This document shows positions 38,341 to 48,737 of a DNA stretch of 50,837 bases, one piece after another (within the stretch, counting starts at the first letter, position 1; every line of letters starts with the position of its first letter). Location of the stretch: NCBI GenBank assembly GCA_030765585.1, contig JAVCCJ010000113.1, positions 1 to 50,837 of the forward strand, read 5' to 3'. The position numbers and the translations under genes were made by a program. The DNA is from Candidatus Zapsychrus exili (GTDB taxonomy: Bacteria; Omnitrophota; Gorgyraeia; Zapsychrales; Zapsychraceae). The notes below the pieces were generated by a model. That model had not been told where the DNA came from. It saw only the letters and a program-made list of their open reading frames with translations, and made no database searches.

Positions 38341-39549
38341 CTAGCGAGCCAAAACATCTATCTGAAATATTGGAAGCAACATTGCAAAAACAATAAAACC
38401 TACAATCAAGCCAATAGCAAGTATCATTATTGGTTCCAGCAAGGTTGTTATCACTTTTATCTTCTCTTCTGTCTCTTGTTCATAAGAATCAGCTATATCG
38501 TTTAATACACTATTTAAATTTCCAGATTCTTCTCCAACAGATATAAGATGTCCCATCATAACTGGAATTTGTTCACACTTTCTTATTCCATCACCAAATG
38601 ATCCACCTGCGATTAAATCATCCTTACACTTAACAAAACTTAGCTTTATAACTTCATTACTCATAATTGGAATAGAAATTCTAATTGCATTAACTATAGA
38701 TATTCCACTATTAAGCAATAAAACTACTGTTCTACAAAAACATGCTAATTCATTTCTTAAAACAATTTCTCCAAATATAGGAATGCGTAATAAAATATTG
38801 CTTATTGCAAGATGTCCTTTTTGAGATTTCGCCCACCTAATAATTCCAAAAACAATAAGAAGAATAGCTAGAATAATTACTATTGCATACTGATTAAATA
38901 AATAACTTATTTTTAACAATATTATTGTTGGCAACGGTAAAGTATCTGCTATGCTTTCAAACAATCCCGCCATCCTAGGAAGAACAAAAGTTAAAATAAA
39001 ATAAACAGATACCAAACCCATAAAAAACATAAAAAGAGGATATGCTAAAGCTGATTTAACCTTGGCTGTTATCTGCTGCTGCTGATATTGATACTCTGAT
39101 ATTTTTTCAATTACTTCTTCTAAATTATTGCTTTCTTCCCCCACAGTAACCATAGTAATATATAATTGAGAAAATAAGCTTGGATATACCATTAAACATT
39201 CAGAAAAAGATTTTCCGTTTCTTATTCCCAAGCCAATCGCTACAATTATTCTTCTAAAAGTAATATTTTCAGTCTGATCTTCAATAATAGACAATGCCTT
39301 TAAAATAGAAACACCAGACTTAAGGAGATTTCTCAATTGTTTATTGAAAATATAAAGTTCTTTTCTTTTAATCTTTTTTATTTTATTTAAATCTATGGAA
39401 AGGTCTTTTGAAGATTGTGACTTAACAAAAATTGGCAATAAACCTAACTCGTTTATCAATTCTATCGCTTCATCCTGAGTATTGGCCGAAATAGTTCCTG
39501 TTACTGTCTTTATCGTTCCTTTTTTTGCTTTATATATAAACGTAGTCAT
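38341..39549 (-). CDS. gspF: T2SS/T4P platform protein GspF/PilC
   Basis: QL..LLKSGV, GEES, ALAYP, GEESGNL, LLEP, AMLLPIF. Confidence 0.95.
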   Translation of the reverse strand: MTTFIYKAKKGTIKTVTGTISANTQDEAIELINELGLLPIFVKSQSSKDLSIDLNKIKKIKRKELYIFNKQLRNLLKSGVSILKALSIIEDQTENITFRRIIVAIGLGIRNGKSFSECLMVYPSLFSQLYITMVTVGEESNNLEEVIEKISEYQYQQQQITAKVKSALAYPLFMFFMGLVSVYFILTFVLPRMAGLFESIADTLPLPTIILLKISYLFNQYAIVIILAILLIVFGIIRWAKSQKGHLAISNILLRIPIFGEIVLRNELACFCRTVVLLLNSGISIVNAIRISIPIMSNEVIKLSFVKCKDDLIAGGSFGDGIRKCEQIPVMMGHLISVGEESGNLNSVLNDIADSYEQETEEKIKVITTLLEPIMILAIGLIVGFIVFAMLLPIFQIDVLAR

Positions 39550-39559
39550 ATTATATCTA

Positions 39560-41779
39560 CTAGATAACTTGTCGCTTCATCTGAAGCTTTGTTTTTTCCT
39601 TAAGTTTTTTCTCAACAAATTTATTTATTAAAGCCCTATCTGCGCCTGATATATCTAAATAATAAGAGACAATTGTATAGATATTCTTAAGACTATCTTC
39701 TTCTAGACGACAAATCTTGGCTAAACAGCCTATACTTTTCTGACCCTCTTCTAACTGTATCTTAAGCTCAATAAGAGATCCGGGTTTAATCATTACTTTT
39801 GAAATAAATTTCAAACCACCCGCACTTATATCTTCTGCTATTGTAGGATATTCAATGCCATCTGACACAAGAGAATTCGGATCACTAGAACTTCTGTTTA
39901 CTAAACTATACCTAATCTTTACCTGTGCACTTGCTCTTGGATAAATTCTACCTTTATGAGAATTGTCATTTTTAACGTCAGAACTTTCCGTGTTTTTTTC
40001 AAAACTCTCTTCTATATCAGAATCCATTTTATCATCTGACATAGAAGCACCTATGCAAGAGCTATCATCTTTTACTGTAAAATTTATAACCTCATCAGGA
40101 GTTGTTAGCCCATTATAAACGGCTTTCCATCCATTTTGACGAAGAGTAACCAGGCCTTCTTTTATTGCTATTTGTTTTATATAATCAGAGCGTGGTTTTT
40201 CTAAAATAGCTGTCCTAATCGCATCATTAAGAGTAAGTATTTCATAAATGGCCATCCTTCCATAAAATCCAGTACCATTACAATAATCACACCCTTTTCC
40301 CTGATAAACTTTTACATCATCTATACTTGCTAATCCCAAAGAGCTTGCCATTTCTTCTTTTACTTTTACTTGTATATTCTTTGTTTCTTCTTTACATTTT
40401 GGACAAATAATACGAATTAATCTTTGCGCTACAAAAGCCTCAACACTTGACGCAACCAAATAAGGCTCTACTCCCATATCAATTAATCGAGTTATACCAC
40501 TTGCAGCATCGTTTGTATGTAAAGTAGAAAAAACAAGATGTCCTGTTAAGGCTGTTCTAATAGCAATTTCTGCAGTCTCAACATCGCGAACCTCACCCAC
40601 CATCAGAATGTCAGGGTCATGTCGCAACACACTTCTTAAGCCCTCTGAAAAGCCAAAGCCTACTTTAGGATTAACCTGAACTTGTGTAACCCCATCCATC
40701 TCATATTCTACCGGGTCTTCTATAGTAATAATCTTTCTTTCATGTGTATTAATTTCATTTAAACAAGCATAAAGAGTTGTAGTTTTTCCAGATCCCGTTG
40801 GACCTGTCATAAAAATAATTCCATGAGGCTTACTTATTAAATCTTTAAATTTACTTATACTCTTAGTATTAAAACCTAACTTTTCAAGACTAAACAACAT
40901 AACTTTTGTAGGTAATATTCTAATAACCATACCTTCTCCTCTTGGAGTTGGCATAGTAGAAATTCTTAAATCAAGATGCTGATCTTTTGTCTTAACAACC
41001 GCACTTCCATCTTGAGGCAAACGCTTTTCAGTAATACTTAAATTTGCCATAATTTTAATTCTAGATAAAATAGGATGCAAAAAATGCTTAACTTCTTTGG
41101 GTAGATTTGCATCAACCAAAACTCCATCTACTCTATATCTAAACCTTACTCTGTCGCGATATGGTTCGATATGTATATCAGTCGCACGTTTTTGATATGC
41201 TTCAAGTATAATTTGATTAACAAGTTGAGCTACAGTAGGATCTTCTGATTTTAATTCAATATCTTCAACCCATTTACCACTATCAGAAGAAGAAACTGTT
41301 TCTTTTACAGGATCTTTTGACATAATCTTGTCAATTGTATCTGATGCAAGTCCATAATGTTTCTTAATAACATCTAGAATACGTCCGTCTTCAACAAGAA
41401 CTATATTAATATCAAATCCGAGATGCATTCTTATTTCGTCTTGAATTTTAATATCTAAAGGAAATTCAACTGCTATAGTTAAAACATCATCTTTTATAAA
41501 TATTGGCATAAATTTATAATGCCATACAAACTTGATTGGTATAGTATTAATCAAGGATTGCTCGACAGAAACATCTTGCAAATCAAGAACATCTAAATTC
41601 TCGCTCTGAGATAAAGATATTAATAATTGTTTTTTTGTAATAATTTCGTTGGTAAGAAGATATTCTTTAAATGAAATGTTCTTTGCTTGGCTTTCAACTA
41701 AATATTTTTTTATATCTATTTCAGAAAGAACATTGTTTCTAACTAAAGCTTCTTTGAGGATCCTATTTATCTGATTCAT
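39560..41779 (-). CDS. gspE: GspE/PilB assembly ATPase with C-terminal PilZ domain
   Basis: ATDIHIEP, RYRVDG, RLPQDG, GPTGSGKTTTLY, TIEDPVEY, LRHDPD..MVGEVRD, TGHLVFSTLH and a tetra-Cys motif; PilZ motifs RIYPR and DISAGG. Confidence 0.95.
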   Translation of the reverse strand: MNQINRILKEALVRNNVLSEIDIKKYLVESQAKNISFKEYLLTNEIITKKQLLISLSQSENLDVLDLQDVSVEQSLINTIPIKFVWHYKFMPIFIKDDVLTIAVEFPLDIKIQDEIRMHLGFDINIVLVEDGRILDVIKKHYGLASDTIDKIMSKDPVKETVSSSDSGKWVEDIELKSEDPTVAQLVNQIILEAYQKRATDIHIEPYRDRVRFRYRVDGVLVDANLPKEVKHFLHPILSRIKIMANLSITEKRLPQDGSAVVKTKDQHLDLRISTMPTPRGEGMVIRILPTKVMLFSLEKLGFNTKSISKFKDLISKPHGIIFMTGPTGSGKTTTLYACLNEINTHERKIITIEDPVEYEMDGVTQVQVNPKVGFGFSEGLRSVLRHDPDILMVGEVRDVETAEIAIRTALTGHLVFSTLHTNDAASGITRLIDMGVEPYLVASSVEAFVAQRLIRIICPKCKEETKNIQVKVKEEMASSLGLASIDDVKVYQGKGCDYCNGTGFYGRMAIYEILTLNDAIRTAILEKPRSDYIKQIAIKEGLVTLRQNGWKAVYNGLTTPDEVINFTVKDDSSCIGASMSDDKMDSDIEESFEKNTESSDVKNDNSHKGRIYPRASAQVKIRYSLVNRSSSDPNSLVSDGIEYPTIAEDISAGGLKFISKVMIKPGSLIELKIQLEEGQKSIGCLAKICRLEEDSLKNIYTIVSYYLDISGADRALINKFVEKKLKEKTKLQMKRQVI

Positions 41780-41781
41780 AT

Positions 41782-43287
<1,506 letters not shown>

Positions 43288-43334
43288 TTAATCCTTTCAA
43301 AAACATTCCTGTCTACCAACAGGCAATCTTTATT

Positions 43335-44186
43335 TTACTTCATGGACATCATTCTTGCAGAAAATGTCTCTCTTAAACTTTTATCAATATCACTTTTCTT
43401 AACTTTTCTATACTTTATAGCTGTCTTAGCTTGTTCTTTTTTCATTTTATCGACACTATCGTCGAGAAATGCTGCTAAAGCTGCAGCGGACGCAATATTG
43501 CTGTCAATAAATATCTCATGCAACCTAACTGTTACCCATAAATTGGCCAAATAACCAATAATATCTTTCGAATCAGATTCTTCTATAACATTCTCAAATG
43601 CATCAACAAACTCTGTTTGTTTTGAAACAAGATCTTCGCATGGCAATAAAGGGATAACTCTAGCTTTTTGTGAATCAAAAGATTTAGACCAACAATACAC
43701 AACAACAACCTTTCCAATCTCACCTTTCATTATTCTATCTACCAAATAATCTTTTATCTCAACTGCCATATTATACATTCCCTTAGATTCCATACCAGAG
43801 AACATCTTTAAATCAGGAGTATATGCTTTCAATCTATCAATAGCTTTATTTCCAACAGCTATAAATTCAAAATCTTCATACCTATCTTTTACTTTAACTG
43901 CGGCTCTTAATATCTTGTTATTAAACTTTCCTAAAAAACTTCCTTCAATAGTTATGACCAGTATAGCGACCTTCTTGCAATCATTAGACATCAAAAAATG
44001 TTTTGTCCTGGTCAAACTTATCATTCTAAAAAATTCTACAAACGTCTCTCCAAAACGTCTGAATTTTTCCTTATCTGATAATAACATAAAAAACTTATTA
44101 TCCGCAATATCCTTTAAAACCTGGATGAGATAAACCATTTCAATTGCGTCTCGTAATTCAAACTTAACTTTATTTGCTTTTCCCAT
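43335..44186 (-). CDS. atpG: F1 gamma-like subunit (highly divergent)
   Basis: Length, position, 'ILVITIEGSFLGKFNNKI', 'IAVGNKA', 'PLLP' and long terminal helices. Confidence 0.8.
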   Translation of the reverse strand: MGKANKVKFELRDAIEMVYLIQVLKDIADNKFFMLLSDKEKFRRFGETFVEFFRMISLTRTKHFLMSNDCKKVAILVITIEGSFLGKFNNKILRAAVKVKDRYEDFEFIAVGNKAIDRLKAYTPDLKMFSGMESKGMYNMAVEIKDYLVDRIMKGEIGKVVVVYCWSKSFDSQKARVIPLLPCEDLVSKQTEFVDAFENVIEESDSKDIIGYLANLWVTVRLHEIFIDSNIASAAALAAFLDDSVDKMKKEQAKTAIKYRKVKKSDIDKSLRETFSARMMSMK

Positions 44187-44193
44187 TTTAGAA

Positions 44194-44943
44194 TTAGCTT
44201 TCTTTCATCTCTATTTGCTCTTGCATAACAATCCCTCTTTCTCTTATTAAGTTTTGAACACTTCCATCTAGAGCCATGCTTCCAAATCTTAATATAAGAC
44301 CTCCACCAATAGATTCGTCAGTACTTGTATTAACAGACACATCTCTTCCTAATTTATCTTTTACTATAGAAAGTATTTGAGACTTTACAAAATCATTGAC
44401 TGGGTTAAAACCGACTATATCTATTGTGTTTATATCTGCGCTTATTCTGCTCATATCAATGTCTTTTAACTTTTCAAGGAATTCTTTAATAAGCACATCA
44501 TCTAAGGGTCCCTTAGACTCTTCGCTTAAAACATCATTTAAAATTTCCATAGCATATTTTACAACTTTAATATCATTATCTTTTTCCATATCAAAACGTA
44601 TTTTTTCTTTAGAGCCTTGAGCTTTTGCAATAATATCTTCACCCTCTTCTCTTGCCTTGCCAACAATCTTATCTCTTTCCGCCCTAAACTCTTCTTCAAC
44701 TTCAGATCTCATTCTGTTCGTAAGCTCACTCGCTTCTTTTTGTTTCTCTGCTAATTCTTCACTAGCTTCTTTTATTTTCTTACTTAATTCTTCCTGCTGA
44801 GCTGCCATCCTATTATTCTCTTCGTTTAATTTCTGGACAGCTCCTTCAGTACTCGCAACAAGAGATCTGTGCAAAAAGAATATAATTCCACCAGCAACAA
44901 TAAATGTTAAAACCAAAAATTTTATTATTAACCCCATTATCAT
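44194..44943 (-). CDS. Fused b (AtpF)-delta (AtpH)-like peripheral stalk protein
   Basis: N-terminal TM + coiled coil (AREEGEDIIAKA), then delta-like C-terminus 'DESIGGGLILRFGSMALDGSV'. Confidence 0.82.
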   Translation of the reverse strand: MIMGLIIKFLVLTFIVAGGIIFFLHRSLVASTEGAVQKLNEENNRMAAQQEELSKKIKEASEELAEKQKEASELTNRMRSEVEEEFRAERDKIVGKAREEGEDIIAKAQGSKEKIRFDMEKDNDIKVVKYAMEILNDVLSEESKGPLDDVLIKEFLEKLKDIDMSRISADINTIDIVGFNPVNDFVKSQILSIVKDKLGRDVSVNTSTDESIGGGLILRFGSMALDGSVQNLIRERGIVMQEQIEMKES

Positions 44944-44969
44944 AAGTCATAACTCCTTTTCTATTTTAA

Positions 44970-45197
44970 CTAAAAAAATATATAAAATACAGTCAAAGAC
45001 AAAAATGTTATTATCTCGACGACAACCAACTGAATTAAAATACCCATCTGTATCGTCGGTGTCTTAGAAGGGTACCGCCCCATAGATTCTATAGTTCTTT
45101 TTCCTAAAGCAGCAATTATAATACAAGGTATGATTATTATTACACTAAACATTGCTGAAAATATAAAACTTTCAGACCATAGATTAAATTCAACCAT
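44970..45197 (-). CDS. Second, more divergent c-subunit-like hairpin
   Basis: 75 aa with two TM helices, loop GRYP (cf. ARQP/ARNP) and Glu in helix 2 (VVVEII). Confidence 0.7.
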   Translation of the reverse strand: MVEFNLWSESFIFSAMFSVIIIIPCIIIAALGKRTIESMGRYPSKTPTIQMGILIQLVVVEIITFLSLTVFYIFF

Positions 45198-45207
45198 ATA
45201 TTATTCC

Positions 45208-45426
45208 CTATTTTGAAAATAATTGAAATATAATTAAAATAGCGATTATAGCTATAGCCTCAACAAATATAAGCATAACAATCATACCCATAAATATTTT
45301 AGAAGCAGCCGAAGGGTTTCTTGCTAAAGCCTTTATAACCGCATTACCTAAAACAGCTATAACAATGGAAGGCCCCATAACAGCCACCATCATAACTCCA
45401 ACAATGATCATTGTTTCAGCTAACAT
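45208..45426 (-). CDS. atpE: c-subunit-like proteolipid
   Basis: 72 aa; loop ALARNP; 'FVEAIAI' carboxylate. Confidence 0.85.
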   Translation of the reverse strand: MLAETMIIVGVMMVAVMGPSIVIAVLGNAVIKALARNPSAASKIFMGMIVMLIFVEAIAIIAILIIFQLFSK

Positions 45427-45446
45427 AATTAATCCTTACTTTAATT

Positions 45447-45722
45447 TTATTTTTTACTTTTTGTTGCTCGCAAATCTTCTTCTACCATTATAATGCATTC
45501 ATTTGCGTAAAAACGAACAATACCACCATCTATAGGAATTTTTTCTTCCCAATTTATAATAATATTACCTTTTTTTAAAACTCCTAAAAGAGGATAATGA
45601 TATGCCAACAATTCATATTCCCCTTTATCTCCTGTCAAAAAAATACTTTTTATTTCATTCTGATAAATAAGATTATTTGGGCTTATTATAACGCATTTAA
45701 AATTTCCTAAATTTTTCATCAA
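45447..45722 (-). CDS. atpC: Epsilon-like subunit, beta-sandwich only
   Basis: IISP, GDKGEYELLAYHYPLLGVLKKG, IDGG; no C-terminal helical hairpin. Confidence 0.8.
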   Translation of the reverse strand: MMKNLGNFKCVIISPNNLIYQNEIKSIFLTGDKGEYELLAYHYPLLGVLKKGNIIINWEEKIPIDGGIVRFYANECIIMVEEDLRATKSKK

Positions 45723-45753
45723 AATCTCTTATAAAATATGCTGACGTGAATTC

Positions 45754-47391
45754 TTACTCATCATCGTCATCTAATTCTATCTCGCCAAAGTCCTTTTGTT
45801 TATTTATTTTAGATGTTACATCGTCTAATACATCTTTTCCTATATTCGCCACAATCCCCTCTCCTACATCGTCCTCTGATGAAGCTTCACCATTTTCCTC
45901 AGCTTCTTTGGCAGCATCTATTTTATCCTGCTCTGCTTTTATATTGCCAACATATTCTTCTAAAATACTTACAAGTCCTTTATCTATTTCATCATCCATT
46001 TTTCTGCGCTCTCTAAGCAATGCTACTAGTTCTGAATTCTTTCCTTTTGCAAAATCATAAACTTCATCTAACATGGTTTGCACTCTAGCCATGTTAGGCA
46101 TCTGCTGTATATATTTTCTCTTAAAACTAAAAAGAATCAAAACCAAAGCTTCCATAATAACAGGCTGATTTTTATCCTGTCTTAACAATAATGTTAATAT
46201 TTCTCCGCTTTTTAATTGTTCTAAAACTTCATCTGACAATTGTCTTCCAACCCTTAACTTTGTTGCTTTTTGAAGCTCTCTAAATTGAAGATATTCTAAA
46301 CGTAAAAATCTACTTAGTTCTTTAATAATAGGCCATTGAACTTTTGCACCTACTCGAGAAACTGAAAGCCCTAAGTCAAGTGCTGGCTTTTGCCCTTCAC
46401 CGAAAAGAGTAGAATCTAACATTATCTGCCCATCTGTCATAGAAATAAGATTAGATGGAACAAACGCTGTTAAATCTCCTTCCAAAATCTCTACTGCTGG
46501 CAAAAATGTCATTGAGCCAGAACCATGCGCTTCATCTAAATAACATGCTCTTTCAATCATTTTTGAATGAAGATAAAATATATCGCCAGGATATGAGTCT
46601 CGACCAGGCGCACGACCTAAGAGCAAAGAAATTTCACGATAACACCATGCATGTTTAGTAAAGTCATCAAATCCTATGAAAACATGTTTACCTTGACTTC
46701 TAAAATGTTCACCTAATGAGCAAGCAACATATGGAGATAAGTATTGTTGTCCTGGAAGGCTAGAAGAAGGTGCTGCCACAATAATAGAATAATCAAAAGC
46801 ATTGTTCTCTTGAAAAAGCTGAACAACACGAGCCAACTGAGATCTTGCCTTTCCAATAGCACAATAGATACAAATAACACCTGTATGTTTTTGATTTAAA
46901 ATAGTATCTGTTATGATAGTTGTCTTACCAGTCACTTTGTTACCTAAAATTAACTGGCGCTGACCCAGTCCAATAGGAATCATTGAATCTAGTACCTTAA
47001 TCCCAGTTTCTAAAGTCAAACACAATGGCTGTCGTTCTAAAATAGCAGGAGCAGATGGAAATATAGGATTATAAGCGCTTGACTCAATATCTCCTAAGCC
47101 ATCTATAGGCTCACACAAAGAATTTACTATACGACCAACAAATGCATTTCCTACAGGAATATTAAAGGGCTCTAAAGAAGCCCTAACCTCATCACCTGTT
47201 TTAATTCTTTCAGACTCTTTTATAAGAAGAACATGTGTTTCTTCCTCGGTAAAACCTAAAACCATACCTTGAGTTCCAAACCCAAAGTTAATAATCTGAC
47301 CATTAATACAACTCTTAAGGCCACTTACAACAACTATGCAGCCGCGAATACTTTTGACTCGACCAACTTCTGTATAGCGTAACTCTGCCAC
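45754..47391 (-). CDS. atpA: F1 ATPase alpha-like subunit (divergent)
   Basis: TGIKVLDSMIPIGLGQRQLILG, GNKVTGKT, REISLLL.R.PGR..YPGDIFYLHS..IERA, NLISMTDGQI, SVSRVG; acidic C-terminal extension. Confidence 0.93.
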   Translation of the reverse strand: MAELRYTEVGRVKSIRGCIVVVSGLKSCINGQIINFGFGTQGMVLGFTEEETHVLLIKESERIKTGDEVRASLEPFNIPVGNAFVGRIVNSLCEPIDGLGDIESSAYNPIFPSAPAILERQPLCLTLETGIKVLDSMIPIGLGQRQLILGNKVTGKTTIITDTILNQKHTGVICIYCAIGKARSQLARVVQLFQENNAFDYSIIVAAPSSSLPGQQYLSPYVACSLGEHFRSQGKHVFIGFDDFTKHAWCYREISLLLGRAPGRDSYPGDIFYLHSKMIERACYLDEAHGSGSMTFLPAVEILEGDLTAFVPSNLISMTDGQIMLDSTLFGEGQKPALDLGLSVSRVGAKVQWPIIKELSRFLRLEYLQFRELQKATKLRVGRQLSDEVLEQLKSGEILTLLLRQDKNQPVIMEALVLILFSFKRKYIQQMPNMARVQTMLDEVYDFAKGKNSELVALLRERRKMDDEIDKGLVSILEEYVGNIKAEQDKIDAAKEAEENGEASSEDDVGEGIVANIGKDVLDDVTSKINKQKDFGEIELDDDDE

Positions 47392-47405
47392 TCTTTATCT
47401 CCTTG

Positions 47406-48737
47406 CTATGTTGTTTTCTCTTTTTCGTCTTCAGGTTCTTCTAATTCTTCTTCTTTTAAATTCTTAGATCTTTTTCCCCAAACAACAAAATTAATTATTG
47501 TAAATATAGCAACAAATGCCATAATGCCATAAATGATTTTCCAAACAGTAGACATTAACGGCTTCTCTCCAAACATTGCAGCAGCTATTGCAGCAATAGT
47601 GTTAAGAAGGGTTATTTTTTGCAATACATTCTTTAACGAACTTCTTTCAAAATATTCACGAACAGCTCTCAATAAATTTTCTAAAACTACAACATCTTTT
47701 TTTACAGTATCAAAAAGTTTCTTATTAGTACGATAGGCACCTATATGCTCTTCTATTTTTTTTTCCTGCGTCTGAGATTCTTCTATTTTCTTCACATTTT
47801 CTTTGATACTAGTTACCAAAAAATCTGCACTATTTGCATATTCAGTTGTCTTAAGTAATTTATAAGCATGTCCAGTTCTAAACTTTATATCATCTATATC
47901 TGTCTGAAGAATACTCCATACATCAACAACCTCTATCTTGTATCTCTTAGTTTCGCTAGGAAGAAGATCTTCTTCTCTTGAAAGATAAGATTTTCCCTTT
48001 CCTGCATCATAACGAACACTAAAGCCTTCTGCATTAACAATATGTTCTGGCTTAACCTCTGCGGGAAGATAATGCTTCCTATCAGCTGTATTAATAGTAT
48101 CTTTGGTTGGATTGTTAATATCTATGATGAAATTTAATACATTAGCTTCTTGGAAATCTGGAGGCTTAGATCGCCAATAATCGATAGAAAAAGCATCACT
48201 TCTAATATTTTCTATCTCTTGAGAATATATACTATATCTACCAATTCTTTCTTCTACGTTCTCGCTATTATCTTCTTGCTGCTCTATGATACTATCGAGT
48301 CTTTGAAGTAAACTTTCTTTTCTTATTTTTCCAATTTCATAATATTCAGTATCTGCTATTAATCCTAAGCTCTCATTTATTTGCTTCTTTATTCCATCAA
48401 TCTCGCCTGTGTCTACTTGCCATGTATCTTTGAGCCGAACTTTAAAAGTTTTAGTTTCTTTAGCACTTAAACTTACTTCGCCTTGAACCATATATCTTTC
48501 TTCATTTACATCATAATCTAATTTTAGACCAGATGTATCAAGAACATTTTCGGATTTAAGTCCAATCGGTAAATAATATTTTATATTTGTTTCTTTTAGC
48601 TTTTCTGTTCCATTAACAGTAAGAATATTAATAGTTACATCTGCACAGGCATATTTAACAAAACCAAAAGCAAAAATTATACACAATAAAAGAACAATAA
48701 TTTTTTTAAAATATTTTTCCAAGTTTTCCTGCATCAT
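47406..48737 (-). CDS. Exported, C-terminally anchored protein with two tandem ~175-aa domains
   Basis: Signal peptide; duplicated N.T...K.YLP..[LV]K.E....G....YD......L...ETK..K....D.W; C-terminal TM and charged tail; start overlaps the upstream stop (TAATG). Confidence 0.8.
   Translation of the reverse strand: MMQENLEKYFKKIIVLLLCIIFAFGFVKYACADVTINILTVNGTEKLKETNIKYYLPIGLKSENVLDTSGLKLDYDVNEERYMVQGEVSLSAKETKTFKVRLKDTWQVDTGEIDGIKKQINESLGLIADTEYYEIGKIRKESLLQRLDSIIEQQEDNSENVEERIGRYSIYSQEIENIRSDAFSIDYWRSKPPDFQEANVLNFIIDINNPTKDTINTADRKHYLPAEVKPEHIVNAEGFSVRYDAGKGKSYLSREEDLLPSETKRYKIEVVDVWSILQTDIDDIKFRTGHAYKLLKTTEYANSADFLVTSIKENVKKIEESQTQEKKIEEHIGAYRTNKKLFDTVKKDVVVLENLLRAVREYFERSSLKNVLQKITLLNTIAAIAAAMFGEKPLMSTVWKIIYGIMAFVAIFTIINFVVWGKRSKNLKEEELEEPEDEKEKTT

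Noticed and set aside
43308..43327. cctgtctaccaacaggca, a possible degenerate short palindromic repeat between gamma and beta
   Set aside because: Too short and degenerate to support from a single copy.
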